DNA from: Eledone cirrhosa
Lineage: Eukaryota
Length of the DNA: 64,000 nt
Direction: 5' to 3'
Assembly (NCBI GenBank): GCA_964016885.1
Contig: OZ024745.1
Coordinates: 127,844,001 to 127,908,000 of the forward strand
The position numbers and the translations under genes are program-made. This document shows positions 13,860 through 26,826 of the stretch, one piece after another. A model generated the notes under the pieces. The model searched no databases and was not told the DNA's origin. It saw nothing but the letters and a program-made list of their open reading frames with translations. The first letter of the stretch is position 1. The number at the start of each line of letters is the position of its first letter.

Positions 13860-14150
13860 ATTACCACCATAATCATCATCACCATAGCCATCACCTCTAC
13901 CAGCTTTACAACCAACACTGTCCCTATGACCAACAAACTTCATCAGCATAACGACCAACACATCTACCACATTTACCATACCATTACCATCCCAAACATC
14001 ACCTCTACCACCTTTAAGACCAACACCGGTCCTATAAGGAACAAACGTCTTCACGACAACCACCAACACAGCTACCACATTTACCATACCATTACCATCC
14101 CAACCATCACTCCCACTGCCTTTACAACCAACACTGTCCCTATAACAACC
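13860..14150. repeat. Degenerate 108-bp tandem repeat, about 2.5 units, ACC/AAC-rich
   Basis: CCACATTTACCATACCATTACCATCCCA recurs at about 13967 and 14075. Confidence 0.7.
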
Positions 14151-14961
14151 ACTACAAGATATACACCAACAGAACAACTACAACTAGATCTTCCCCAAGA
14201 GAACTACAACATCTATTCCAATAAGACAACTACAAAAACTATACAAACAGAAGTACAAAATCACCAACAAAACCACGTGTACCATAAAAATAATCACCAC
14301 AACCATTATGACACTTTTCTCAGTCACCATTCTCCAGCATCTACATGATCGCCAATGTTCCGAGAAATGGCAGCAACTTTTCTATATAAACACCACTCTT
14401 AGAAAAGGCCTAATTAAATTACATGCTCCTGAGTTTAGATCATACAGGGGATGGTCACGACTGGAAAGCTTTGAACAGGTTTGACCAGGAAGTAAACAAT
14501 AACACTAGTGATAATATCAAAGCCAGCAGCTGCAACAGCAGCAATTAAACGCAACAGCAACATTATAAAAAGGTTATATAGTGAGAGAAGACAAAAATAT
14601 ATACGTCTGTAAATGGCTAAAGCATTCAGCAACTGCAATGATGGACGACATTGCGGTGTCAGCTGTGATTAAAGAAAACACCACGTAGTGCGAACATAAT
14701 ACGGAGAAAGCAAAGAAAGAATAAAACTACAGAAATGAAACAACAAACAAAATAACAGACATAGCCGTAACAAAGAGAAAAGAAAACTCGGTTGACATGT
14801 ATAATCAATGGACACGAATACAAAGTCACATAAAACACACATACATATGTTTATACATACATGCAAACCCATTTATACATACGCATAGTATGTAGGAAAA
14901 CCCAGAAGATAATATACATTACAAAACTGAGATATATACCAACATACATTATATATTTATA

Positions 14962-15016
<55 letters not shown>

Positions 15017-15035
15017 GTACATGTACATAAACATA

Positions 15036-15086
<51 letters not shown>

Positions 15087-15342
15087 ATATGCTAGTCTGT
15101 GTACATAATTTTATGCATCTAGATACTGTTACGTATGCACCTGCATCATTATCCTTGCACGGGCTCACAGGGGCTCTGTGGCGTAAATCTAAAATACGAG
15201 GCTTTCTTTTACATATTCATCATATACATAATCTTAGATACATTTACGAGCATGCACATACACACGCATTATATACACACACACACACACACGCACACAC
15301 ACACACGCACACACACACACACACGCACACACACGCACAGAA

Positions 15343-15458
<116 letters not shown>

Positions 15459-15598
15459 GTGTGTGTGTGTGTGTGTGCGTGCGTGTGTGTGTGTGTGTGT
15501 ATATAATGTGTGTGTGCACACTAGTATGGTTTAGCTCATGATTTACGTAAATTCATGCAAAGGTTGAGACAGACTCGTGGATGTAATTTATGTACGTT

Positions 15599-15749
<151 letters not shown>

Positions 15750-15819
15750 GTATATATATTTATATATATGTATATATACATATATATACGTGTGTATGTA
15801 TGTGTCTGTTAATATGCAC

Positions 15820-15885
<66 letters not shown>

Positions 15886-15889
<4 letters not shown>

Positions 15890-15931
15890 TTAATATAGAT
15901 GAGATTCTACAGGACTAGAACTGTTTCATTC
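15886..15931 (-). mobile_element. Family B fragment (3' half of HHR) in (TA)n
   Basis: GAGATTCTACAGGACTAGAACTGTTTCATTC matches the other family B copies. Confidence 0.75.
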
Positions 15932-16010
<79 letters not shown>

Positions 16011-16147
16011 TATATACATATATATATATATATATTTATATATATGTATACATATATATGTATATATATATATATATATGTGTGTGTATGAGAGTGCAAA
16101 CGTGCATATTAACAGACACATACACATACACACACACTGATACTATG

Positions 16148-16202
<55 letters not shown>

Positions 16203-17375
16203 TGCACATTTGTTGCTTGCACCTTTTCTTGTACAATGGTTTCAGACTAGTGTCTAGAAATTGGCCGCGCGATCCTCAGAGGTCGTTGCAAATAGTTAAT
16301 AGAAAAATCACGATGATGCAGTGTCACATGATGTGTGACGTCACTCGTGTGTTTTCTTTTGCCCCGAATAGAGATGGAAAATAATTCCAATTGTTTTTGA
16401 AAGTTGAGTTCAATGTTTCTGTTTATATTTTTGGTAAGGTAGTTGATTTATTACTGAACAACACCAGATAGATCGAGTGATATCATAGAGGCAGTCACAG
16501 CGGTATAATATTGTCTATATGATAGTATTTGAAAAGGCTTATATGATTCTACAGTCGGTAGTTACATGAGTTCTCTGTTAAGCTAATTTAAGATACAGTA
16601 CGTTTACTTGACTTGTAGAGCTAGTGCTGCTCCAGAGTGTCATTGACGGAATATGGGTAAAACTAACTATATACATTTCAATAATTACAGACTTCTCGTT
16701 GGGTCATATTATTCATAATTATAGTGAAGGTGTCTGTTATGCAAGGAATGGATTCTCTTTACAAAATGGAGAGTGGAACAGCTGGCTTTTATAGAGTTTC
16801 TGTTGGATAATTCATGAAACTTGTCGTTTTGACATTGTTTTCTGATTAAGAACAGAAATTATTCCTTGGATGGTGGTTTGAACCAGATCATATTTCTCTC
16901 GTGGTGCAGTTTTTGTTTTGTTTCTGTTTGAGTATTGCTATGAGATTTCTGGAATGTTTTATATGCAATGAGAGCAACGGCTAAAATATTTTCGGCATTC
17001 TACGTCCAGTGTTCAAATCCCGCCATGGTCAACTTTGTCTTCCATCCCTCCGGATTTTTTGATCTAAAGTATCAGTTAAATACCAGGATAGATATATTTA
17101 TTTGAATTTGCCCTTCCTCCATATTGCTGGCCTTTTTTGTATTACATAATTACGTAACTTGATTATCATTCTGTTGTAAATATGATTTTAATAGATTAAA
17201 GAAAATAATAGAATCTTAACTGTGCGTGGCGTGAACCATCTGGTGCATTTATTTATTGGCTTATCAATGTATGCAGCAAGTTTCTTTGACTTAGGTGTCG
17301 GGAAGACACTTGGCAATAAATTGAAACAAAACAGAAGGAAGACGAAAAACACAAATAATAATAATAATAATAATA

Positions 17376-17433
<58 letters not shown>

Positions 17434-19190
17434 GTAAAATGCTCAATGAAACAAAACATGGATATAAAGTCTATGACAAAACCATTAATCACTTGTTCTA
17501 CATGGATGACCTGAAACTATTTGCAAAAAATGATGAACAATTGCAAGGGCTATTATCCACTGTGGAGCAGTTCAGTGATGACATTAAAATGGAGTTTGGA
17601 CTAGACAAATGCGCCAAAGCAACGTTCACCAGAGGAAAGCTGCTGAAGAGTTCAGACATTAATCTTGATCGGGGGGAACGTGATAAGAGAACTTGATCAA
17701 GAAAAAACTTACAAATATCTAGGTGTTTGTGAAGGAGACGGAATCAAGCACTCGACAATGAGGGAAAGGATAAGGAAGGACTGTTACCGCAGAGTAAGAG
17801 CAATCTTAAGAACGGAATTGAATGCAAGGAATAGGATCGATGCCATAAACACGCTTGCCATACCAGTAGTAACCTACAGTTACAATGTCATCAACTGGTC
17901 AAGCACAGAGATCCGTAGGCTCGATACAAAAATTCGAAAACTCTTAACCATGCACAGAATGCATCACCCTAAGGCAGATATAGATAGAATATATCTCCCT
18001 AGGAAAGAAGGAGGACGTGGGTTAATCCAGTTAGACATTGCGTTGAAAACTGCAACAATTGGATTATCTACATATCTAAGGGAATCACATGATTGGATGA
18101 TCAAACTCGTTTTGAAACACGAAAGCATCAAAAGATCATATTCCATTACAAAAGATGCACAAAGATACAGTAATGGACTACAAATTTCAGAAGTCCCATT
18201 TACTGCTGAAATGGAAAACACAGAAAAAGCAAAGCAGTTAAAAGTAACTGCAAAGAAAGAACTGCTACAGAAACTGGCTAAGAAATGGCAAGAAAAGCCT
18301 CTGTATGGAAAATACCCAGAGCGAGCTAACAATCCTGATGTTGACAAAACTTTAACCCATCAGTGGTTGGCATCCTCTGGACTGAAATCGGAGACTGAAG
18401 GACTGATTATATCGGCACAAGATCAGTGTCTGCCAACAAAAAATTACCAAGCCAACATAATAAAAAATGGATGCAGCCCATTATGCCGTGTATGCAAAAA
18501 ACAACCAGAGACCATTGACCATATAATTTCAATGTGCAGTCTTATAGCTCCAACCGAATACCTAAACAGGCATGACAGAGCTGCACAATACATACATTGG
18601 ATAATGTGTAAGCATTTTGACCTGCCCCATCAAAAGAATTGGTGGGAGCATCAACCACCTCCCATACTTGAAAAAGATTACATCTCAATCTTGTGGAACT
18701 TTAGCATCCAAACAGACCGAAAAATAGATGCAAATAGACCTGATATAATATTGAAGGACTTTCAAAGGAGGGTATGCCTGCTAATTGATATGTCTGTTCC
18801 AATAGACAAGAATGTATCTATAAAAACATTTGAAAAATTGAGCAAGTATAAGGACCTGGAGATAGAAATTGGAAAAATGTGGAAATTGAGAACTAAAACA
18901 ATACCAGTGGTTGTAGGCGCTCTGGGAATGATACCTAAGGGGTCTAACGACTACTTATCGCAAATCCCAGGAAACCCGCGTATAGGAGAAATACAAAAGA
19001 TAGTACTAATGGGAACTGCCCATATACTAAGGAAGATCCTGTCAATATAAGTACATCACAAGTCTAAACACTAAGGATGCATGTGTGAATATGTGTGTTC
19101 TTTCTTGAACATGGCGGACCTTGTTGTCTCTTGAGGTCACTGGTTGTGACTTGGTGATAACTCGTATAAACATAAAGCAAGATAAATGCA
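17434..19190 (+). mobile_element. Dong/R4-clade RLE LINE, 5'-truncated, inserted in (TAA)n
   Basis: (AAT)n at 17354-17433 and 19191-19211 abut both ends; RT-to-endonuclease ORF plus about 140-bp 3' UTR. Confidence 0.92.
17439..19050 (+). pseudogene. RT C-terminal half, CCHC finger and PD-(D/E)xK endonuclease; one frameshift
   Basis: HLFYMDDLKLF, YKYLG, LPRKEGGRGL, CRVC..ETIDHIISMC, RHD, NRPDII..LIDMSVP..KLSKY, PVVVGALG; extra G in the G6 run at 17671-17676. Confidence 0.92.
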
Positions 19191-19213
19191 AATAATAATA
19201 ATAATAATAATAC

Positions 19214-19406
19214 ATCAATTTGAAGGGGAGGGAAAAGTCAATTAAATTGAACCCAGTGCATTACTGGTGTTTTATTTTATCGATCCTGTAAGGATGATAG
19301 GCAAAAATGAACTCGGCGGGATTTAAACTCAAAACGTAAAGCGCCGTAACTCCAAGCTGCAAAGCATGGTTCTGACTCTCTACCGATACTGCCAATCCAC
19401 CGCCCT
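19214..19406 (-). mobile_element. tRNA-derived SINE
   Basis: Same head and core, reverse strand. Confidence 0.8.
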
Positions 19407-19511
19407 ACCCTTCATAATAATAATGACAATAATATCAGACATTATAGTTAGATTTTGTTAGACAGGAAGATCCAAGCCAATCAGACAGATATTAAAAGAA
19501 TTATTGATATA

Positions 19512-19703
19512 GGGTGGTGGATTGGCAGTATTGGTAGAGGGTCGGACGCCATGCTTTGTAGCATAGAGTTACGCCCCTTTACAGTCTGAGTTCAAATCTC
19601 GCCGAGGTTAACTTTGCCTTTCATCCTTACGGGGTCGATAAAATAAAGTACCAGTAATGCACTGGGTTATTTTCTGGCCTTGTGCCAAAAGTAGAAACAA
19701 TTA
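19512..19703 (+). mobile_element. tRNA-derived SINE, full length
   Basis: A and B boxes, core and tail intact; head-to-head with the previous copy. Confidence 0.88.
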
Positions 19704-20612
19704 TTAAAATATTTATTGAAAATTTTTTTCTCATAGCTGTCGCAGCTACAACTGGCAAAAACACATCTGTGAAAAGAACTCAGTAAATACAAGGACTGTG
19801 ATATATAAATAAGCAGAAGGTGGGATCTCAAAACAATTACATTACCTGTAGTCATTGGGGCAATAACATGTTCACCAAGCATGGAAAGAATTATATAGTG
19901 TCTTCAGAATTATATATCTTAATTATGTGTAGTGTTCAGTATAGTATCTATTACAACAACAACAAAAACAACAACAACAGAAACCAAACAACAAGAACAA
20001 CAACAACAGCATCAACTGTAACAACAACAGCAGAGTATAGTATCTGTAAAGAGCTCAGAGAAAAAGAAAAGAATTTTTTTAAAAATATTTACTCTTTGAT
20101 AGCGAGGCTCCCGTATGTTTATATTGTATAAACATGGAATATATGCTTTCGTATACACCCACATTACATTTAACGCTGTCTTAGTGCTACTGCCAATTAA
20201 TTATAAACAGCCAGGTTTACACTGTATGCAAATTACCATTTCCAGCCGATGTTTTCTATTTGCTATATGCAAATGAGTCTACCCACATTATATGTTCATC
20301 ACGCAAAATCTATATAGACTCTAAACTATTTCCATATCCGTAGCAATTGAGTGAATGTAACTGATGAAAAATTAACGAATCTTGAAACAACGTTGTCTTC
20401 TATATCTGGGTCGTGTTCGCAGAGATAAAAATTACAAACAATCTCCGTTACGAATTTTTTTCCTTTGCATTGGTGCTCCCATACATATTGTATATAAACA
20501 TATGGTATATACTTTCATATTCACCCCCAATTACGCTTAACACTGGATTAGTGCTGCTGACAATATATATCGTTGTCTCTGATAGAGACAAGTGAGAGTG
20601 TAATTGAATTCA

Positions 20613-20961
20613 TATAAAAATGAGAAAGCTCAACGATAGTAAAGCCGTTAAATCAGTCAAATGCTGTCAATGACAACGTTGGGCAAAAATGTCTCAGAGG
20701 ACAAAGACTAGTGGTCAGTGGTCCACAGAAAGGGAGAATCTATGAAGTGGGTGACTAGTTGACGAAATATGGAAAAGATTAAAAGAAAAGGAGGATAAAG
20801 AGAAGTGAGTTGGCGCATAGAAGTGACTGGAAGAAGGGTGTCCCTTTGCCGACCACTAGGAGCTGGTCTCTGTCCTATGAGGCACCTTTGCCCATCGCTG
20901 TCATTGAGAGTATTTGTTTATTTCAACGGATGTTCTAGCGACGAGTTTTCTTATTTTTATA
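20613..20961. mobile_element. Family G inverted-repeat element, long copy
   Basis: Termini TATAAAAATGAGAAAGCTC / GAGTTTTCTTATTTTTATA with imperfect arms of about 110-120 bp. Confidence 0.7.
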
Positions 20962-20964
20962 AGA

Positions 20965-20991
<27 letters not shown>

Positions 20992-20995
<4 letters not shown>

Positions 20996-21192
20996 GAAAG
21001 GAAAATGTGGTAAGGAACTAAATGGACCATAACGCTCCAAAGTACTCAATACTTAGGGTAGTAGAGTGTGTAATAGGAACAAGTATGACCCCGACGGCAG
21101 AGCTCAAGCCGTTTCGACGGCTAATTCTTTTAGTCCAGAATTAGCCGTCGAAACGGCTTGAGCTCTGCCGTCGGGGTCATACTTGTTCCTAT
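20992..21192. mobile_element. Family A fold-back element with a perfect 56-bp palindrome
   Basis: Arms 21073-21128 and 21137-21192 are exact reverse complements around an 8-nt loop; each arm carries GAA-ACGGC-ttgagctct-GCCGT-C (HHR stem III plus GUC). Confidence 0.85.
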
Positions 21193-21204
21193 ATATATAT
21201 ATAT

Positions 21205-21233
21205 CAGCCGGATGGCTGAAACAGGTAAAAGAG

Positions 21234-21236
<3 letters not shown>
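21205..21236 (+). other. HHR 3'-half fragment of a further family, in (TA)n
   Basis: AGCC-ggat-GGCT (stem II) followed by GAA-AC-ag-GT-A; the CUGANGA half is missing. Confidence 0.5.
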
Positions 21237-21296
<60 letters not shown>

Positions 21297-21300
<4 letters not shown>

Positions 21301-21432
21301 CGCTTTTGATTTTATTTGTTTTGCGAGATTTCTTATCTGAAAACGTGTGTGGAACCAGATGTTATAATAAATTGAAGTGAAAACCAACAGGTGCGTGTGT
21401 TTTTATTGGCAACATGACCCTCTCAAAGTATA
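21297..21432. mobile_element. Family H element, internally shorter copy
   Basis: Both ends match the ends of 26605-26826 in reverse orientation; flanked by TA. Confidence 0.65.
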
Positions 21433-21449
21433 GACATATATGTATATGA

Positions 21450-21534
<85 letters not shown>

Positions 21535-21539
21535 TGTGT

Positions 21540-21571
<32 letters not shown>

Positions 21572-21989
21572 ATTTATATATACAGGGAGAGAAAGAGAGA
21601 GACTAAACAGTATATTACTATACACCCACTGAGTGTTTCACGTAATATCATATTCTGGATACAACTTTCCTCTGAAATATGTAGATGTATTTATCTTCAC
21701 GATGCCAGTCTTTGAAATGGATTTATTTTTGTAAAGGTTCTTGTCTGTACATATGGTTTTGTTATAACAACAAAGGACATTTGTTTGCACTGTGAAAACT
21801 GCTTCAGCAATAGTGCAGCTCAAAGGCACCGGAAACATTTTGGTGTTCTCAAAGAAAACTATAACACACACACACCTTTTCACAACCAGATATTTACGTT
21901 AGATACAGCATACTGTACGAACGCACTCGCTTGTGAAACTTGAAACAATACAAGATGCATAAATACATTTGCGTACACAAACATACACT

Positions 21990-22053
<64 letters not shown>

Positions 22054-22054
22054 C

Positions 22055-22106
<52 letters not shown>

Positions 22107-22789
22107 GTGTGTGAAAGTGTGTGCGTATACACAAATGTTGATATACACGCATACATATATATGTTTACACATGCATGTGTGCATGTGCATGTGTGTTTAT
22201 GAGTTTGAAAATATATTAAGCGGAAATCGAGAGTGAGTCAAAAGTAGGAGTCGGTACATACACACACACACACAGACACACACAAACACACACACACACA
22301 CACAGATACGCACACAGATATATATAAACATACACACGCACACACATGTACACACACACACACATATACATAGGATCTGTAAGATGTGGAGAAAGAAATA
22401 ATAAGTAAAGAAGAGAAATATAACAAAGAAGGAAATAAACGAACAAAGAATGAAAGAATAATGGGATAAAAATCAGGAGTGAAAAGTCTGGAAATATAAT
22501 AGAAAAGATTATATTAAAGAGATGGATGTAAAGAAACCGCAATTTAAAGGTATTGGACATCTCGCACTATTTTTTTTTCTTCCAATCTTTCTCTTTGTCT
22601 CTCGCTCACTCACACATTTATGACTCTCTTCTACTATAGGCACAGTGATGGTGGCTATCTGGTTAAAGTGTTAGCGTTGCTTTCACGCGGTATCAGTTCC
22701 ATTCATCCCCACCACATGAGACTTCTACAGCCCCCGCTTGAAAAATGGCTTTAGATTTTGTAAATGAAAAATTTATATATCGATAGTCG

Positions 22790-23020
22790 ATCGATAAGAT
22801 CCCAGACCTCATTCGCCAACAAGTGGGAGGGGGGAGGGGGAGCTCGTCAAATAGGAGCGAGGAAACAATGTTTCCATTGGTCTTTCTTAATACTATTTGT
22901 CGCTCGCAACTCCAGGCAGCAGAAGGAGCAACGTGAAATAAAGTGTCTTGCTCAAGGACATAACGCATCACCCTATCTGGAAATCAAAATAGCAACCTGA
23001 CGATTGTGAATCCATGCGCC
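22790..23020 (-). mobile_element. Second SINE family (TGTCCTTGAGCAAGACACTTTATTTCACGTTGCTCC core)
   Basis: Reverse complement aligns with 43995-44186. Confidence 0.65.
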
Positions 23021-23025
23021 TTCTC

Positions 23026-23119
<94 letters not shown>

Positions 23120-23366
23120 ATATACATATATATATAAAGAGAGACAGAGAGAGAGCGAGAGAGAGAGAGAAGGGGCAAAGATAAAGCTAAATATACAAAG
23201 CTCAAAGCTCAAAAGATTGTTTTAAAGAGATGGATGCAAAGAAACCGCAATTTAAAGGTATTGGACATCTCGCACTATTTCTTTTTCTCCCAATTCTTTT
23301 CAATTATTTCTCTCTCTCTCTTTGTCTCTCGCTTACTAACACATGATACACATACGTATATATATA

Positions 23367-23507
23367 TAACGAAGGAATTGTGGTAAGGAACCAGATGGGC
23401 CATAACGCACCAGAGTACTAAATACTTAGGGTAGTAGAGTGGGTAATAGGAAAAGGTATGACCCCGACGGCAGAGCTCAAGCCGTTTCGACGGCTATTTC
23501 TAGACTA
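23367..23507 (-). mobile_element. Family A element, single arm, 5' end in HHR stem II
   Basis: Colinear with the long arms of the other A copies. Confidence 0.8.
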
Positions 23508-23647
23508 AATTAACATTTTTAGCCTGGTAAATAAATAGCCGAACTTCTCAAGGGGTACTTCCTTATATGGGAAGATTGTAGTTGTCAAGAGGATTGGTAA
23601 ACATTTGTTGTAAACACAAATGAATCTATCAGAGCAGCATATATACA

Positions 23648-23706
<59 letters not shown>

Positions 23707-23897
23707 GATGCTCTTCTACTATAGGCACAGTCATGGTGGCTATCTGGTTAAAGCATTTGCTTTGTATTCCCACAAAGCTCAAACCTATATAGAGAAATAT
23801 AGTATGGATATTATACGAGTTATTCGAATAATTGAAACACGTGAAAGTAATGAAAAATTATTTAAAAGCTAATTTTTCCATCTATATATTTGATTTT

Positions 23898-23987
23898 AGA
23901 AATAGCCGTCAAAACCCAAAGTATTGAGTACTCGGGTGGGTTATCGGCCACCTGGTTCCTTACCACACTTCCTTCGTTATTTGTTTT

Positions 23988-24056
<69 letters not shown>

Positions 24057-24247
24057 CGAAGGAAATGTGGTAAGGAACCAGGTGGACCATAACGCACCAA
24101 AGTACTCAATACTTAGGGTTGTAGAGTGGGTAATAGGAACAAGTAAGACTGAGCTCAAGCCGTTTCGACGGCTAATTCTGGACTCAGAATTAGTCCAGAA
24201 TTAGCCGTCGAAACGGCTTGAGCTCAGACGTCGGGGTCTTACTTGTT

Positions 24248-24252
<5 letters not shown>
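23898..24252. mobile_element. Two family A copies tail-to-tail across a (TA)n tract; the second (24054-24252) is a fold-back
   Basis: 23898-23980 is an internally deleted + copy; 24133-24252 is palindromic. Confidence 0.8.
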
Positions 24253-24292
<40 letters not shown>

Positions 24293-24294
24293 AG

Positions 24295-24481
24295 ATCCCG
24301 GGTTAAATTGGGGATAACCACAGTAAGTAGGCTACTCAATACATAGCAGAGTAAAAGTAATTTAATATAGAAATGTCTACAGGACTAGAACTGTTTCACT
24401 CGGAGGAAATCATCAGAAAGCCCAAGGGCTTTCTGATGATTTCCTCCGAATGAAACAGTTCTAGTCCTGCAGAAGCCATTT

Positions 24482-24486
<5 letters not shown>
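24295..24486. mobile_element. Family B fold-back element with an HHR core in both arms
   Basis: Axis at AAAGCCC-aa-GGGCTTT; + arm reads GGCTTT-CTGATGA-TTTCctccGAAT-GAA-ACAG-ttctagtc-CTGC-A-GAAGCC. Confidence 0.85.
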
Positions 24487-24512
<26 letters not shown>

Positions 24513-24513
<1 letters not shown>

Positions 24514-24765
24514 AGTGGTAACACAACAGTTAGTTCACCATACCGAGAACAATTGTTTCACCTTAGCGGATCTTCAGCTGGTAATGGACATAGTTATACG
24601 GAACAGGACGGACAACCGTTCCGTATGACCATGTCCTTTAAGAGCTGAAGGTACGCTAAGGCGAAACAATTGTTCTCGGTATGGTGAACTAACTGTTGTG
24701 TTACCACTTCTACCTAACCCGTCCAATGGACTGAGTGCTCTACCACTCTTCCAGTATTCTACCCC
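24513..24765. mobile_element. Family C fold-back element; HHR at 24541-24583 (-) and 24642-24677 (+)
   Basis: Imperfect arms of about 90 bp; minus arm TACCAG-CTGAAGA-TCCgctaaGGT-GAA-AC-aatt-GT-T-CTCGGTA; 3' tail recurs at about 41098-41148. Confidence 0.8.
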
Positions 24766-24771
24766 CCCCTC

Positions 24772-24843
<72 letters not shown>

Positions 24844-24871
24844 TAAAATAAGTCTTCAAATTTATTATTAT

Positions 24872-24918
<47 letters not shown>

Positions 24919-25225
24919 ATTCTGTGTGTTTGTGTTTGTGTGTCCGTGTGTGTGTTGCGCGTGTGTTTGTATCTATATATTTGTTTTATTGTGTCTATGT
25001 TAAAGCGTTCTTCTCTATATCCTGTAACTTAGCAGACCAAGAATTAAGATCGATAAAATGCGTTACAGACGTGAAAACAGAGTACTGGGATTGATGAGAT
25101 CAACTAAAGTCCTTGAATGTCTTCTTCTCCTCCCAGCATAGCTGTACTCTAATGACTGAAATATGTGAAAGAATATCTACAGATGTACATACTCATCATC
25201 TTAAACACGCACACAGACAGACACA

Positions 25226-25300
<75 letters not shown>

Positions 25301-25597
25301 CGTACATACAGTTATACAGGGATAAATGCCAAACATTTGTTCTTCCATGATAGACTATGGTTTCTGCAGCGACAGGAAATATACCCTGGTAGATAGCTTA
25401 AACATGTTATGGTTGCTCAGACCTCAATACCCGTTTCTCTTCCTCACTTTTCATAAACATTTGAACCTTAGTTGCTTATATTCTTCAAATGCTATAAGTG
25501 GAAGTGGGTATCTTGGAGGAAAGGGGGATGCTCTATTTGCTTCTAACAGCGTAGCGCAGCTGGTTTTGACAGAGAGATAGAGAGAGATAGAGAGAGA

Positions 25598-25644
<47 letters not shown>

Positions 25645-26129
25645 AGATATTAAAGAGGTCGTGATAAATCTGTAGAAAGACAGAGACTGACGAACTAAAT
25701 AACTCGCCATTTTTTCTAATTTTATCGCTCTATATTTTGAGTTCGACTGCAACATCCATCACTTCAAGGATGATTAAATATACACTAGCAAAGAATAGAA
25801 TAAAGAAAGTAATATTCCTTGCGTTCAATCACATCGAGGTTGATTTTGCTTTTCATCTATCCGACGTTGATAGAATAATTCACATTTAAGTAACCGAATA
25901 TAAGTATGTTGCCTATGGTGAATGTAATAAATCATCGTTATTGCTTTTGTACAGACGTCGCCTGTTTATTGACATATTCATTTATTCTCAGCTTCTGGAA
26001 TAATAAGCAGCTGAACGATATGATCATTGCAGAAAACTGAACTCTGCACTTCAAAACATTGAAGGACCTACAATTTCAGAGTCTTGCTATTGCTTTCAGT
26101 CACTGATTAACAATTAAACCGATCTGTGC

Positions 26130-26370
26130 TATATCATCATCATGTTCCTGCAACAGGGGCAGCTTATCATCTGGCTGCCACTCTAGACGCTTTTGTAATC
26201 ATTCGTTGCCACTGGTTTCTATTCTTCATCATGTGTAGAAGGGTCTCAGCGTTGTGACCAGTCTAGTCTTCTTCGCCCTCCTTCGACTGTGCCCCGAAAG
26301 ATGGTTTTGGGCAAGAAGTTGTGGCAGGATATTTGACCACATCAGGCAAGCTTCCGTTTTTACATCATCG
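26130..26370 (-). mobile_element. Degenerate RTE-clade 3' fragment
   Basis: Minus-strand translation KRKLA..GQIS..LPKTIFRGTVEGGRRR...NRNQW with a short (TGA)n tail. Confidence 0.6.
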
Positions 26371-26604
26371 CACCGAGTGTAAATTTGGTAGGGATATCTG
26401 AGTCAAGGTAACCCTTGAGAGCATCGGAGTATGGTGAGAATCGGGAAATACTTTAACTCAATGAGATGAAAGATCCTTAATGATAAATTCTTGTTTCCTG
26501 GGTAACTCATTCTAGTGGGTTCCACCCATCTCCAAATTATCCTACATACAGGATTTGAATCTATTATAAGCTGCATAAAATGGGTAGTTTTTAATACATT
26601 ATTT

Positions 26605-26826
26605 TACTTTGGGAGGGTCATGCTGCCAATAAAAATACACGCACCAGTTGGTTTTCACTTCAATTTATTAGAAGTTTCCGGTCGTCGGTTGGTTGTTTCG
26701 ATTACAGGAAGTTTGTTTATATACTATCAAAGCTATTTCGTTACACTTTCTGTGACCGGGTTTTTATTTTGTTACAACACACGTTTTCATATAAGAAATC
26801 TCGCAAAAAAATTCAAAAACGAATTT
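26605..26826. mobile_element. Family H element, longest copy
   Basis: Ends shared with 21297-21432 and 6409-6478. Confidence 0.65.

Larger units (their letters stand above)
22514..23753. repeat. Local direct duplication of about 155 bp; second copy interrupted by an insert
   Basis: 22514-22668 corresponds to 23222-23344 plus 23704-23753. Confidence 0.8.

Noticed and set aside
13740-14348. Thr/His-rich open frame of about 200 codons with a 36-aa period as a mucin-like exon
   Set aside because: ACC/AAC-rich DNA is naturally stop-poor and the antisense frame is also open; no splice or homology support, so RNA-seq would be needed
19512-19605. tRNA genes at the A/B-box motifs
   Set aside because: No cloverleaf; each is followed by the SINE core and tail
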